This document shows positions 1 through 12,524 of a stretch of 64,000 bases of DNA, one piece after another; the first letter of the stretch is position 1; each line of letters starts with the position of its first letter. A program made the translations under genes and the position numbers. The notes under the pieces are model-generated. The model saw only the letters and a program-made list of their open reading frames with translations, did not search any database and was not told where the DNA came from. The stretch covers positions 71,858,001 to 71,922,000 of the forward strand of contig OZ336874.1 in assembly GCA_965287045.1 (NCBI GenBank). The letters are read 5' to 3'. The DNA comes from Carcharhinus amblyrhynchos (taxonomy: Eukaryota).

Positions 1-939
1 GTCCACTGGTGCCCTAGGAGACCATAGGAGTGGAGCATTGTCATTATTTCTGCTTGCCCAATATATCTTTAGGTTGACAGTTTAATGGATTATGGAAGAA
101 AATTTGACAAATTGCTTAATCTCTCAGTGTAGAATTTTCAAGGACCTCTTTTAGTTTCCCAGCATGTATAAAGTTCTATGGGTTTTGTTAAACTTATGTT
201 TATTAAATCCTTGTACATTTAAGCAAAGAGCAGACTCATCATTACTGGCACATATCTCGCACATTTGTATTGCACTATTCAGTAACAGAACTTAAAATTC
301 TGTTGCTTACGCAGGTAACACCAGGTGTATTGTGAAGAGATTTTGTACATGTTTTTTTTCCGTCTAACATAACTATCATTGATAGGTCCATTTTAAGATT
401 TACTATTCCAGCAGGATATTCAGAAGCTGAGCTTTTGTGCAGCCAAAGGGCAGCTGCATGACTTTTTCTTCATTAATGGACTGAAAATCATGCGGCTGTG
501 AATCAGGTGCACTGACCCCAATGCTCAAATTCTTGATTTATATCACATTTTGTGAAGCTCTGCACTGGGAGTACTAAATCATCACCTTCTCCTAATGTAT
601 ATTCTATCAACATTGTTGAAAATCAAATTGAGTTACTTTGTAGCAGGTGAGAGATGTCAGTGCTGTCTCACAATGTCACCATCAACCACATTCAGATCAG
701 CTATAATGTGATCAGATGTAAAGTTCCCTTTCAGTCTGCTCAATAGCACAGTAGAATCTCTCTAGCAATAGAATGGATAGGAATGCAAGGGCAAATGACA
801 ATTACTATGAATATGTCATACACATACTCAGGATTTGGAGGAGGTTTGTTTCTTTCTCAGCTTCTCTCAATCTTAGGATAGTGTTACACAGACACCAGCA
901 GTTCTTGGTTATTTAGCCAAATAGTTATTCTTCAATGTT

Positions 940-1200
940 GAAGTCCAGGATATTAGTATTGAGTTTGTCTATGACTGTGAGGTTGGGGCCACCACAACAA
1001 AGACAAATCATGGCCTTCATTTGACTTCCATACACATCTTTCTGGAAAGTATCATGGTGTAGTGATTATTACAGGAACAAAGTTGTGTTTCCCCCCCAAT
1101 TCCAGCATCCTCCATTACTGTCTTAACTTATGTTCGCCTGACTCAGTAAAGATCATGTGTGGGACCTCAGGCTTGCCTGGTTAATGTTACAGCATATTGT
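940..1200 (-). mobile_element. Old, highly diverged tRNA-type SINE relic (same family as 5060-5330, 20330-20600, 22560-22760, 46040-46320, 62960-63100)
   Basis: Shares degenerate blocks by eye with the other listed copies (CAGCTAACTCAG/GAGTTAGCTG, GGAACC-CTG, CCAGTGA motifs). Boundaries are approximate. Confidence 0.4.
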
Positions 1201-1218
1201 TACAGAAGGCTGAAAATT

Positions 1219-3950
1219 TAAAGGTTTACCTAACAAAGCTGATTGATATAGATGGGAGGGAAAAGGGGGTGGGGTAGCTCTGCTGATTAAGGATAATATC
1301 AGGGCGGTAGTAAGGGAAGATATAGGCTCCAAAGAGCAGAACGTGGAATCGTTGTGGGTGGTGATAAGGAACAGCAAGGGGAGGAAGATTCTGGTGGGTA
1401 TGGTCTTTAGGCCCCCAAATAATGACTTGGAGGTGGGGCAGGCTATAAACAAGCAAATAAATGATGCGTGCAGGAATGGAGCGGCGATAATTATGGGGGA
1501 TTTCAATCTGCATATTGATTGGATGACCCAGGTCGGACGCGGTGGGCTTGAGGAAGAGTTCTTGGAATGCTGCCGGGATAGTTTCCTTGAACAGTGCGTG
1601 TTGGAGCCGACGAGGGAGCGAGCTATCTTAGATCTGGTGTTGTGTAGCGACGCAGGAAGAATTAGGGGTCTTGTTGTGAGGGATCCTCTTGGGACAAGCG
1701 ATCATTGTATGGTTGAGTTTTTGATGCAGATGGAGGATGAGAAAGTAGGGTCCCGAACCTGTGTCCTCTGTTTGAACAGAGGGGAGTACGATAGGATGAG
1801 AGAGGAATTGGCAAATGTAGATTGGGGGCGCAGATTGGTTGGTAGGACTGCTGAAGAACAGTGGAGGATCTTTAAGGAGATCTTTTTCGGTGCTCAGCAG
1901 AAATATATTCCAATGGTATAGAAGGAATGTAGGAGAAGGGATAACCACCCGTGGTTATCGAAGGAAATAAAAGGGAGTATTAAATTAAAAGCTGATGTGT
2001 TCAGAGTGGCTAAAAATAGTGGGCGAGTAGAAGATTAGGAGAGGTTTAAAAATCAACAAAGAATGACTAAGAAGTTGATAAAGAAAGGAGGAATAGACTA
2101 TGAAGCTAAACTAGCACTAAATATAAAAAAGGGCAGTAAGAGTTTTTACAAATAAAGAAGAAGAGGCTGGCTAGAGTGAATGTTGGGCCCTTAGAGGATG
2201 AGAGGGGGGATTTAGTGGTGGGAGATGAGGAAATGGCTGAGGCCTTAAATAAGTTTTTTACCTCGGTCTTCACGGAGGAGGATGCAAATAGTTTGCCGGA
2301 TATTAAAGATAGAAGGATAGTAGGAGTTGAGGGCCTGAATGCGATTACTGTCACTAGAGAGGTAGTGCTTGATAGACTAACGGGACTGATGGTGGACAAG
2401 TCCCCAGGACCAGATGGAATGCATCCCAGGGTTCTGAAGGAAATGGCAGAGGTGATAGTAGATGCCTTAGTGATTATTTACCAAGCTTCGCTGGATTCTG
2501 GGGAAGTGCCGGAAGATTGGAAAACGGCTAATGTTACGCCGCTGTTTAAATAAGGTAGCAGGCAAAAGGCAGGGAATTATAGGCCAGTTAGTTTAACATC
2601 TGTAGTTGGAAAAATGCTTGAATCCGTCATCAAAGAAGAAATAGCGAGGCACCTAGAAAGGAATGGTTTGATAGAGCAGACGCAGCATGGATTCGTTAAG
2701 GGGAAGTCGTGTTTGATGAATTTATTGGACTTCTATGAGGATGTGACTAGTGCGGTAGACAGAGGGGAACCGGTGGATGTGGTGTTTCTCGATTTTCGAA
2801 AGGCGTTTGATAAGGTGCCGCATAAAAGGTTGCTTCAGAAGGTTGGGGGCATGGAGTTGGGGGTAAGATGTTAGGCGTGGATAGAGGATTGGTTGTCTAA
2901 TAGGAGGCAGAGAGTTGGTATCAATGGGTGCTATTCTGATTGGTGGTTGGTGCCGCAGGGATCGGTGCTGGGACCTCAGCTATTTACCATTTATATAGAT
3001 GATCTGGAGGAGGGGGCTGAGTGTAGGGTGACGAAATTTGTTGATGACACAAAGATGAATGGAAAAGCAAATTGCACAGAGGGTGTGGAAAGTCTGCAGA
3101 GGGATCTGGATAGGCTGAGCGAGTGGGCGAGGACCTGGCAGATGGAGTACAATGTTATAAAGTGTGAGGTTATCCACTTTGGCAGAAATAATAGTAGGAG
3201 GGATTACTATTTAAAGGGCAAAAAGCTGCAGCATGCTACAGTGCAGAGGGACCTGGGGGTCCTTGTGCATGAGTCGCAAAAACCCAGTCTGCAGGTGCAG
3301 CAGGTGATTAAGAAGGCGAATGGAATGCTGGCCTTTATAGCGAGGGGGATAGAATATAAAAGCAGGGAGGTCTTGCTGCAACTGTACAGGGCACTGGTGA
3401 GGCCGCAGCTGAAGTACTGTGTGCAGTTTTGGTCGCCGCACTTGCGCAAGGATATTTTGGCCTTGGAGGGAGTACAGAGGAGGTTCACTAGGGATGAGGG
3501 GGTTAGACTATGAAGAGAGATTAAATAGACTGGGTCTGTACTCATTGGAGTTTAGAAGGATGAGGGGGGATCTTATAGAGACGTATAAGATAATGAAAGG
3601 GATGGATAGGGTAGAGGTAGAGAGATTCTTCCCGCTCAGAAAGGACAGCAGGACTAGAGGGCACAGCCTCAAGATAAGGGGGGGTGCAGTTTAGAATGGA
3701 GTTGAGGACGAACTTCTTCACTCAAAGGGTGGTGAATCTCTGGAATTCTCTGCCCGTTGAAGCGGTGGAGGCTACCTCGCTAAATATATTTAAGTCACAG
3801 GTAGATAGGTTTTTGACAGACAAGGGAATTATGGGGAGAAAGCGGGAAAGTGGAACTGAGCCACTTCAGATCAGCCATGATCTTATTGAATGGCGGGGTA
3901 GGCTTGAAGGGCTAGATGGCCTACTCCTGCTCCTATTTCTTATGTTCTTA
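1219..3950 (+). mobile_element. CR1-clade LINE (HER1-like), 5'-truncated inside the endonuclease domain; ORF2 broken by stops and frameshifts
   Basis: ORFs 1343-1921, 2176-2553, 2614-2874, 2893-3513 and 3684-3953 give APE motifs (IIMGDFN, ILDLVL, LGTSDH) and RT motifs (KSPGPDGMHPRVLKE, QHGFVKGKSC, FLDFRKAFDKVPH, PQGSVLGPQLF, KFVDDTK). The 3' end is a (TTCTTATG)-type tail. Candidate TSD TGAAAATT lies at 1211-1218 and 3951-3958. Confidence 0.96.
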
Positions 3951-5059
3951 TGAAAATTATTTTCACAAGTAAAAATTATTCTTTTTAACAGATGTCTATG
4001 ATGTCCAACTTGGAGCTGAAGGAGAAACTATTTATTCTGTAGTTATTGTTATTTTCAGAATGTGCCATGTTAATCCACCAATGTGAATCAAAACCCAATC
4101 AACCACAGTCCCAAATGTAAAATGGTAATCAAACAATATCTCCATGTGTCTAGACTTCCATGTAAAAATGAAACAGACCTGCTCGAATTCATACTTTAAA
4201 CAGAACCTATTAAACATGTCCCCAATCTGAAAGGGAATGCCATATGCTTGATGGCACAAACACATGCAATCTCCCGTTTTAACTTGCAGAGGTTTGTGGG
4301 TGGATTCTTTGGTGGTCTTAAACTTCAAATGCTAACTCATTATCAACCTTACCACCAGAAATGGGAAATTTGAGATAGTGCAATGTGGGCTGGTGATGTC
4401 ATCATTTTAAAGCTTTTGATGGTTGACTCAGTAGTCTTTGAAGAACATTAGTTCAGATGTAGAGATTTATTCTATCTCAAGCTTTGTCAATAGTATTCAA
4501 CTCAATCATGGGAATCACAACAAATTCAACTGAGCAGTGGAAAGTTTATCCTCATTACAAAAATATTGTATCACTACTTCTCATGAAAGTATCTTTGAGT
4601 TAGATTAGCCAGTTTGGATTTAATCACTGTCACTCCTGGAACTGATGAGAAATGTAATTTGCAGGCTCAGTTGAAAACTGTTAACTATTAACTAAATGTT
4701 TTATCATTTTCACAGAGTCATGATGCCCTGCAATCTTATACAGCAGTGAACAAAGGGCTATTATTTCTAATCAATGTTGGTCCATAGTTATATACTAACA
4801 CTTAAACTGACATGCAAAGTTTCTGAAAAGTACAATTGGAGGTTTTTCTTGGGAAAAAAAGTGAAAGAGGTTGTTTAGAACAATTAATGAAATGTTTAAT
4901 TGAAAGAAGATCTAGAACTTGCTGTTTTTTCTGATTATCATTTCAATTTAATCTGCAAAAGAAAGTACTTCAACATTATTTTAGAATTTAAAAACTTTCT
5001 TTCGTCCTATCCTGAGAGCACACCTTCCTTGGATACGCTTGTATGTCAGCAAGTAAACA

Positions 5060-5330
5060 GCAAATGTTGACTGTGACAAGGATTGGAATGTCATAGCTGT
5101 GCCTAATCTTGTCACACAAGATTAACACACAATCGTGCTTTTATTCAGGGTCACTGATTAGCAATCAGACAGGAATCCTCATTCACCATTTTCCATTCTA
5201 GAATTGAGATGCAACACCTTTGTCACTATGTCTTCTGAGTTCAGCTAAATGAGACCAGACATCAGACCTGGAATCTTCCTGGTCTAATTTGGTTCCATAA
5301 TGGGCAATGCATTATCATTTGGAACCATCA
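5060..5330 (-). mobile_element. Old tRNA-type SINE relic
   Basis: Reverse complement reads head-like AGACCAGGAAGATTCCAGGTCTGATGTCTGGTCTC..TTAGCTGAACTCAG, then ATTCCTGTCTGATTGCTAATCAGTGACCCTG. Similar to the + strand copies at 22560 and 46040. Confidence 0.5.
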
Positions 5331-5426
5331 AAGCCACTGATTCCAAGAGACATTATAAGTTTCCCTTTGTTGTTGCAACCTGTGCTACAAGCTATTCTTG
5401 TTTTATTTCACAAGGGAAGATTTTAT

Positions 5427-5764
5427 CATAGAATCATAGAAACCCTACTGTGCAGAAAGAGGCCATCTAGCCCATCAAGTCTGCATGACCACAATCCCAC
5501 CCAGGCCCTACCCCCATATCCCTACATATTTACCCACTAATCCCTCTAACCTACGCATCTCAGGACACTAAGGGGCAATTTTAGCATGGGCAATCAACTT
5601 AGCCCACGCATCTTTGGACTGTGGGAGGAAACTGGAGCATCCGGAGGAAAGAAACACAGACACAAGGAGAATGTGCAAACTCCACACAGACAGTGGCCCA
5701 AGCCAGGAATCGAGCCCAGGTCCTTGGAGCTGTGAAGCAGCAGTGCTAACCACTGCGCTACCGT
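5427..5764 (-). mobile_element. HE1-type V-SINE, near full length
   Basis: Minus strand has a tRNA-like head (CGGTAGCGCAGTGGTTAGCACTGCTGCTTCACAGC..GGGCTCGATTCC), the V-domain (GTGTGGAGTTTGCACATTCTCC..CTCCCACAGTCCAAAGATG) and a CR1-like tail ending (TTCTATGA)n. Confidence 0.92.
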
Positions 5765-7009
5765 AATATATTTTACCTTTGCTTTCTTCATGCCCATGAA
5801 CAAAGCATTTACTGGTCGAGCTATCGATGAGAATTTCCACCTGAATTACATCTTGTCTACGTTAATACCTCAGCTGTAATGTTTAAACTTTTCTTCAATT
5901 CACCTCATTCCCTGAAGATTCTGATTGCCCTACAGAAGAATAATTACATGAATGGTGACTATTCCCAGGTACCTTGCTTTTACTCTTGAGACCAAAGGTA
6001 TAATTTTGACATTTGTGGATAATGTAAAACATGCAGTATCATTTTGGCCACCCTTTAAACAGCTCCCTTGATTTTCCTTTCTGTTGAAATTAGAGGAACC
6101 ATCTTGGATAAAGCCTGAAAGGATGTCTCCTCTGCCATCTGCTGCACATCCTCTGAGGAGATTTGCAATGCTTTGATATGGTTTTGATGCACTGCAAGCA
6201 ATTGTTTTCTGATTTTGCATTTCTGCTAAATACAAGAGACTCATCCAGAGTGTGAGAATCAAATAAAGAGAAATAATATCTGATCTTTAACCATTATCAG
6301 TTAATCAGTACAATCTTGTCCCAGGCCTAACACCATTAACTTCTTGTAGTCAGTTCTTCTCAGAAATCAAATGCAATGTTCCCTGCATGACAAAACGTTT
6401 ATTATCAGAAATAGACAGTTAAATTTGAAAATTATCAGTGAATTCTCATCATTTTTCTTAAACACATCTCCCATCTGTTTCGACAGTATATGCATTTTTG
6501 GACGTTGTATACACAGATGTTTAGTGTTAAGGGCCATGCCCTTTGAGAAATGACTGCGCTTTCAGGATAAATATAATTTTACTGTCTGAAACATCCCAAA
6601 TATACATTAATAACAGCTTGCATCTATTATACTTATCTTTACTGACCTTGCAGGTCACTAAACTTCATCCTAGTAGTTAGGAGATTGCCACTCATTGCTT
6701 ATACCACTTCCTTTACGTGGAACTGTCAAGTCTCTTAGCACTCAGTCCCATTATTGCATCCTCACCCCAATCCTTTGTTAACTTTCAATAAGAAGGATCT
6801 CTCTGACATTCTCTTCTTCTTTCTGTTAAAGCCATGTCTTCATGTTGCAATATGCTAGTTCAGCTTTGATAGCACCCCTGTTTGAAATGCTGCAGCTGTG
6901 TCCTCGCAAAGGCTTCCTCATAAACTACCTTAACATATTTTCTAAACATCACAGGCACAGTGCTCAAATTGTTAGTGCAACTCATGCTTTTGTTCCAGCA
7001 GCCATCAAT

Positions 7010-7118
7010 ACTGTAACAAGAAAAGAAAGTGCTGAAAAACTCAGCCAGTCAGGCAGCATCTGTGGAGAGAGAAGCCAAGTTAATGTTTCGAGTTCAATAT
7101 GACTCTTCTTCAGAACTG
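7010..7118 (-). mobile_element. Short Penelope-like repeat, family B (TCTCCACAGATGCTGCC-GAC-TGCTGAG tail), with hammerhead motif
   Basis: Same tail as the copies at 13930, 16020, 26170, 32450 and 62850. It is preceded on the minus strand by CTGAAGA..GAAA. Confidence 0.75.
7078..7117 (-). ncRNA. Minimal type I hammerhead ribozyme motif (family B); helix III palindrome mutated
   Basis: Minus strand reads AGUU-CUGAAGA-A-GAGUC-AUAUU-GAACUC-GAAA-CAUU-AACU. Stem I is AGUU/AACU, stem II is GAGU/ACUC, and the core CUGANGA and GAAA are intact. Confidence 0.7.
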
Positions 7119-7270
7119 TTGTAAAAAGCTAACCTCGTCAGTGACCATTGGCATGGTCAGTGACGGAACTATTTAGGGATAAGTCCATGCCCTATAGCAT
7201 CTGTGGGAGCATTTCAGAGTCCCAGAATTTATCAGTGCACAGCCTCACAAAATGTCCTGTTAAAAACTAA

Positions 7271-8337
7271 GGAACGCAATTCTCAGAGCCCGCTAGAGCA
7301 GTGCAACGAGCTGGGAGACGTCAATGGAGGTCATGTGACAGGCTCCCCGCTGGGCGCCACAACCTCCGCATGTCTCTGGCTGCCAAATTTCCAACATCAA
7401 CAGGTCCACACAAACTGGTGCAGGACTAAATAAGTTATTTAAATGGAGACATATATCTCACTAGCAGGCCTGGGACTGAAGCCTCCGGGCCCGCTCGCAT
7501 CTCCCCCCATCAGGAGTGTTTCACTCCAGAGCGGTTTACAACAGCTCGCCACTAGCGGAGGGCTGATGGCCAGACCCCGTTGGAGTGAAGATGCTCTGTA
7601 GCACCCCAAGCAGAAGGGGATAAGGGGGGTGCCCCTTGGCATTGCCAGCTTGGCAGTGCTAGCTTGGCCCCTGGCATTGCCAAAGGGGCAAAGTTGACAT
7701 GCTTGGGGCACCTTGGCACTGCCCACCAGGCAGTGCCAAGGGAGTGGAGCCTAATGGAGTGGGGCTTCTGGGGGGAGATCGGTGGGGGTGGGGTGTCCTG
7801 CTGCCACTCTGCATTTTGGATTTGTGACAGAGGGAGGGAAGGGCTGATCAGGGCGAGCCATCAGAGTGGGGAGGGGCGGTTGGCCTGCCAGGCAGGTTTG
7901 AGTCTATGGGCTGCAGCAGGGGGAGGGGGGCTGGATGCGTGTTGGTACCGCGTGCAGTAGGGGTGTGGGATCAGGAGATCAGGACTACTGGTGGGTATGG
8001 GAAGGAAAACGAGTCAGGGTGTGGGGGGTGGGGGGCGTCGAATGGCCAATGATGCAGGGATGTGGGGCTGGCCAGGGATTGAGCTGCCCAGCGATCAGGA
8101 GGCTGGAGACTATGGCGATCTCGGCACTGACAGATCAGCGTGTGTGCAGTGGCCCCGGGCTGTCCAGCTGGAATAGGCCCCAGCCACTGATTTTTAGCAT
8201 GATTCATGCTAGGGCATTCTGTGATGCACAGAGTACGGGAGATTCATTTTGAAAATCCCATTGAAAAAGCCAGCCTGCTTTATTCCAGTTTTTATACAAA
8301 TTCGGCACTTAGAATTTTTTTTGGGAGAATCCCACCC
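7271..8337. mobile_element. GC-rich non-autonomous DNA transposon (Harbinger-type MITE-like)
   Basis: Abrupt GC-rich block in AT-rich DNA with imperfect terminal inverted repeats GGAACGCAATTCTC ... GAGAATCCCACCC. No credible ORF. Confidence 0.6.
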
Positions 8338-8794
8338 TCAGTTTAGGCTGTAACTCTCAAAGGATTGAAGCACTAAGAACGTGCAGAGCTTTGTTATATA
8401 TATATCAGAGAGCGCTTATACAATTAAATAGCTTTTTCCAAGATTTAAGCAGCCTTAAAAGCAGCTGTTGTGAAATGTTGTGATTTATATTTGTCAGAGA
8501 GAAACATCAATCTAGATCTAAGAGTAATGTACATTCAGAGTGAAAGAGAAACATTGGTTCCAATGTTTCAAAATATTTTTGAAGGAATCAGATGCTCAGT
8601 TCCATTTAGTACTGGTTGAAAGCCTGATTGTGCATTTATAATCTAACACTGCTAGTGACTCCAACAGTTATGTTGTAATACAAATGAGGTAAAACTAGTT
8701 TCTGGCAACACAAAGTGACCACATCAAGACTTGCTTTCTCCTCAGGCTGCCAAAAGCATAGCATTCCTAATAGCAAACATAAATGGAACTGAGG

Positions 8795-9050
8795 GGAACT
8801 GAGAGGAACAAGGGAACAAGAGTAGTTCATTCAGCCCTCGAACTTGCTCCGCCACTCAATTTCGATCTTTGCTGATCTATATCTCAACTCTATTGATCCA
8901 TGTCCATTGTACCCTTAGCTAACAAATATCTATCATTCTATCAGTCTCGTAAATTTCAATTGGTGCTGTAACCACAGCCTTTTAAGAGAGTGTTCCATAT
9001 TACCCCTACACTTTGTATGAAGATGTGCTCACTGATATCTTGCAGAATTC
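8795..9050 (-). mobile_element. Decayed CR1 3' fragment
   Basis: GGAACAAGAGTAGTTCATTCAGCCCTCGAACTTGCTCCGCCACTCAAT..GCTGATCT is the reverse complement of the 3' UTR seen at 3865-3935. Confidence 0.7.
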
Positions 9051-9113
9051 TGTGTCTGTGGCACCACCCTGTCCGAAGGCTTGTGTTACTAATGCAACCC
9101 CCTTTCTATCTAT

Positions 9114-9450
9114 GGGTGGCACGGTGGCACAGTAGCACAGTGTTTAGCACTGCTGCCTCACAGCACCAGGAACCTGGATTCAATTCTGGCCTTGGGTGAC
9201 TGCCTGTGTGGAGTTTGCATGTTTTCCCCATGTCCATGTGGGTTTCCTCGGGTGCTCTGGTTTCCTTCCACAGTCCAAAGATATGCTGGTTAGGTCGATT
9301 GACCAAGCAAAAGAAAATGCCCCTTAGTGCTGGGGGGACTAGCCGGGTAAATACGCGGGGTTACGGAGATATTGCCTGGATGGGACTGTTGTCGGTGCAG
9401 TCTTGATGGGCTGAACGGCCTCCTTCTGCACCATATAGATTATAAGATTT
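9114..9450 (+). mobile_element. HE1-type V-SINE
   Basis: GGTGGCACAGT..TTAGCACTGCTGCCTCACAGC head, B box GGATTCAATTC, V-domain, and tail GGTGCAGTCTTGATGGGCTGAACGGCCTCCTTCTGCAC. Confidence 0.9.
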
Positions 9451-9559
9451 ATTATTATACATATCACATCTCAAGGGCCTAGCTCTATTTGTATTTGTTC
9501 TGAATTCCCTTAACAAATGAAATAATTTATCCACATCTGCTCTATCAAATTATTTTATT

Positions 9560-9890
9560 ATTTAGAGGGATCAAGAACCAAAGGACACTGATTTAAAGTG
9601 ATTGGCAAGGGAAACAATGGCAACATAAGGAAAATCTGTTTTAATGCACTGAGTGTTTAGGATCTGGAAAGCACTGCCTGAGTATGTGGTGGAGGCAGAG
9701 ACACTCATGGTTTTCAAAAGAAGATTGGATAATTATAAGAGAAAATATTTGTTGGCTGATGGGGTAATGGCAGTATAGTGGCACCAGGTGAGTTGCTCTT
9801 GTTCTCACAGAGAGACAGAGAGACAGCACACATATGATGGACCAAGTGGCTTTCTTCTGTCTGTCCATTATTCTTCTGTGATATTACAAT
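9560..9890 (+). mobile_element. Decayed CR1 3' fragment
   Basis: Degenerate S-R-T-x-G-H-x-F-K and C-terminal ORF2 region, followed by a GATGGACCAAGTGGCTTTCTTCTGT tail. Confidence 0.65.
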
Positions 9891-9934
9891 TTTGAACGTC
9901 ACAATTAGATCACTCTTCAGACTTCTAAGTTTAA

Positions 9935-11060
9935 TTTTTTTGGGCTGGAGGAAAGTCTGTAGTGGCGTTCCCCATGGTGTTGATAATGAGAACCTTGCTT
10001 TTCCTGATATGTATGAATGATCTAAATCTTTGTGGACAGGGAACGATTTCAAAGTTTGCAGATGGTGCAAAACTTGGAAATATTATAAACCATGAAAAGG
10101 ACAGTGTTGAGCTTCAGAAGGACATAGAGTGGAGTGGGCAGATAGGTGGCAAGTGAAGTTCAATGTGGAGAAGTGTGAAGCAATGCATTTTGCTCGGAAG
10201 AACATGAAGTGATAATATAAATTAATGGGTAAAATGCTTAAGGGCTGCAGGAGCAGCAGGACCGGGGTGTATATGTACATAAATCATTGAAACTGGTAGA
10301 ACTGGTGGACGGGGCAGTTAATAAAGCATATAGACTTCTTAGTTTTATTAATAGGGGCATAGAACACAGGAGCGAAGAGGTTATGCTGCACTTATACAAG
10401 ACACTGATGAGACCTCAGCTGGGATATTGGGTACAGTTTTGGGTATCACACTATGGAAAGGATGAAAATGCATTGGAGAGAGTGCAGAAGAGATACACAA
10501 GAGTGTTTTCAGGATTAAGGAACTTCAGATATAAGGGTAAATCGGAGAGGTTGGGACTGGTCTCCTTGGAGAGAAGAAGGCCAAGAAGAGATTTGATAGA
10601 AATGTACAAAATCGTGGAAGTGTTGGACAGAGTAGATAGAGAGAAAATGTTCCCACTCGTAAAAAGATCAAGGCAGAAACTCTACCACCTTGTCCGCCAT
10701 GGAATTGGCATGGCCAGTGTCCGACAATGGAAATCTCCGTTGACCTTGGATGGAAATTTCTGGTCTCGCTCGAGTGAGGCCATAAAATCCCGCCCCAAGA
10801 ATGAGAGAACATAGAATTACGAGTGATTTGCAAAAGTTGCAAATATGACATGAGTTTTTTTTTAACACAAATGGTTCAGGTCTGGAATGATGGGTGCTAG
10901 ATGCAGGTTCAATGATGACATTCAAGAGGGAATTAGGTGATTACTTGAATAGAAGCAGAGGTGTGGGAAAAAGGCAAAAGATGGCATTAAGTTATGATGC
11001 TCATTTGGTGCATGTACAATGGGCCAAATGACCTCCTTTTGTGTCAAAACAATTTTATTT
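9935..11060 (+). mobile_element. Decayed CR1 RT/3' fragment interrupted by a MITE
   Basis: TISKFADGAKLG (9962 ORF) and AYRLLSFINRGIE..LYKTLMRPQLGYWVQFW..LERVQKRYTR (10287 ORF). The homology resumes after 10798. Confidence 0.88.
10672..10795. mobile_element. ~125 bp Harbinger-type MITE inserted in CR1
   Basis: Interrupts the CR1 sequence GATCAA|GAATGAGAG. Apparent 3-bp TSD CAA (10669-71, 10796-98) and ends GGCAGAAACT ... AAAATCCCGCCC. A second copy lies inverted at 46738-46847. Confidence 0.8.
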
Positions 11061-12344
11061 CTTGAAGAATTAAATGACACAGTGAAACATTGCAAGCCAT
11101 ATTTTACTCTAAGACTGTACCTCTTTTTAAGTATGATACATTTTTTAAAACCTCTGATGTAAATTGTTTTTGCTAAATTGTATTGATACTAATAATGTAT
11201 CAAATGCTCCCGTTATGCTGTGTTCGAGCATTCAATCAGATCAGGAGTTCCATGTAATCTGACCTTCAAAATTCAGCACATCCAATCTTTCTTATGGATT
11301 CAAAAGGTACCAGTGCGAACTATACCAGCCTCACCTGTGAATTTTTGCCAGATTTGCACAAATACTGAGATGACATCACCAATCATATCTCCCTCCCCAA
11401 CCCCCCATCTTTTCCCCTTTATTACCTCTTCTGATATTGTGTTCTCCACGCAATTTGGGAGCTGTCCTGCTTGAATTTCACCTTTATTAAGATAAAGACT
11501 GACTAAACAGTCAGCGGATTGATCGCTTTATCATAACTGGGACACACCATTTCACTAATTCTTGTATTGTTGAATATATTTGAACAATGTCATTATATCA
11601 GACAAATTCCTACTTTTTGGTCCATTAGCCAAGCTGGCAATGGGGAAACTGCAATTACTGCAGAATTCTGAGCTTGGAATCAGCCAGGTTTCCCATATCT
11701 GACTGGCCCAGCAAACTGCTACTCACCATCTGTGATCGTACATTAAAGCTACTTTAATGCAGTCACTGTTTTAGTTCAGATTCCAGGAGGCAGTTGTCCT
11801 CGGACATCTCTTAGCATTATATTAGTAAATCTAGCTCCCTTGTCAACTAACCAGGCATACTCATAAGTTCAGCTTCTTCTATGCCAGTAATTCTGCCGCT
11901 GAGTTAATGGAGCTTGATTTAACAATGTAAACTTTTAGCTACCAGTCGTTCAGAATTCAGTGAAAATTCCACTACAATTGGACTCTGGAATGTAGCATCT
12001 GTAGACAGCTCCATGTGACTATCATCATTCCTTAAGAGATAAAAGAGAAAAAAATTGGAATATTGGAGGGAAATTACCTAAAATAATAACTCTGAATGTT
12101 ATAAGGCCACATCGATTAGAGTGAAATTAGATCATGTCACTGATGTAGCCAAAATATAAATATGCCTCGTCCAGGATCTTAGTCCACTGCTAGTTTAAAA
12201 CCAATATTTCTTCAACATCATTCCTATACAGGTCAACTAGAAAGCTGGCAAAAGCTGACCAAGAGCCTCAAGGTACTAACACAGCCTCCAAAAGGCTAAC
12301 AATTTAACAATAATACTGATAACAAATCGTTGATAGAAAGCTCT

Positions 12345-12510
12345 GAATCTATATAGACTTGTTCAAGACCTCTGGATGTCTCAAAGCACTTTACACTCAG
12401 TGTTGAAAGTTCTGTCATCACTATTGTAGCGTAGAAAAGACAGCAGCCAGTTTGTACACAGCAAACTGCCACAAACAATGTGACAATGAACAGATAATCT
12501 GTTTTGGGGA
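12345..12510 (-). mobile_element. SacSINE1/DeuSINE-like 3' fragment
   Basis: Reverse complement matches the 3' half of the copy at 52030-52480 (AAACAGATTATCTG..CATTG..TTTGTGG..TTGCTGTG..AAAGTGCTTTG). Confidence 0.7.
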
Positions 12511-12524
12511 TATTTTTCCCCTTT

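Noticed and set aside
1343-3953. Active LINE ORF2 or host reverse-transcriptase gene
   Set aside because: 5'-truncated, split into several frames by stops and deletions, and the FADD motif reads FVDD.
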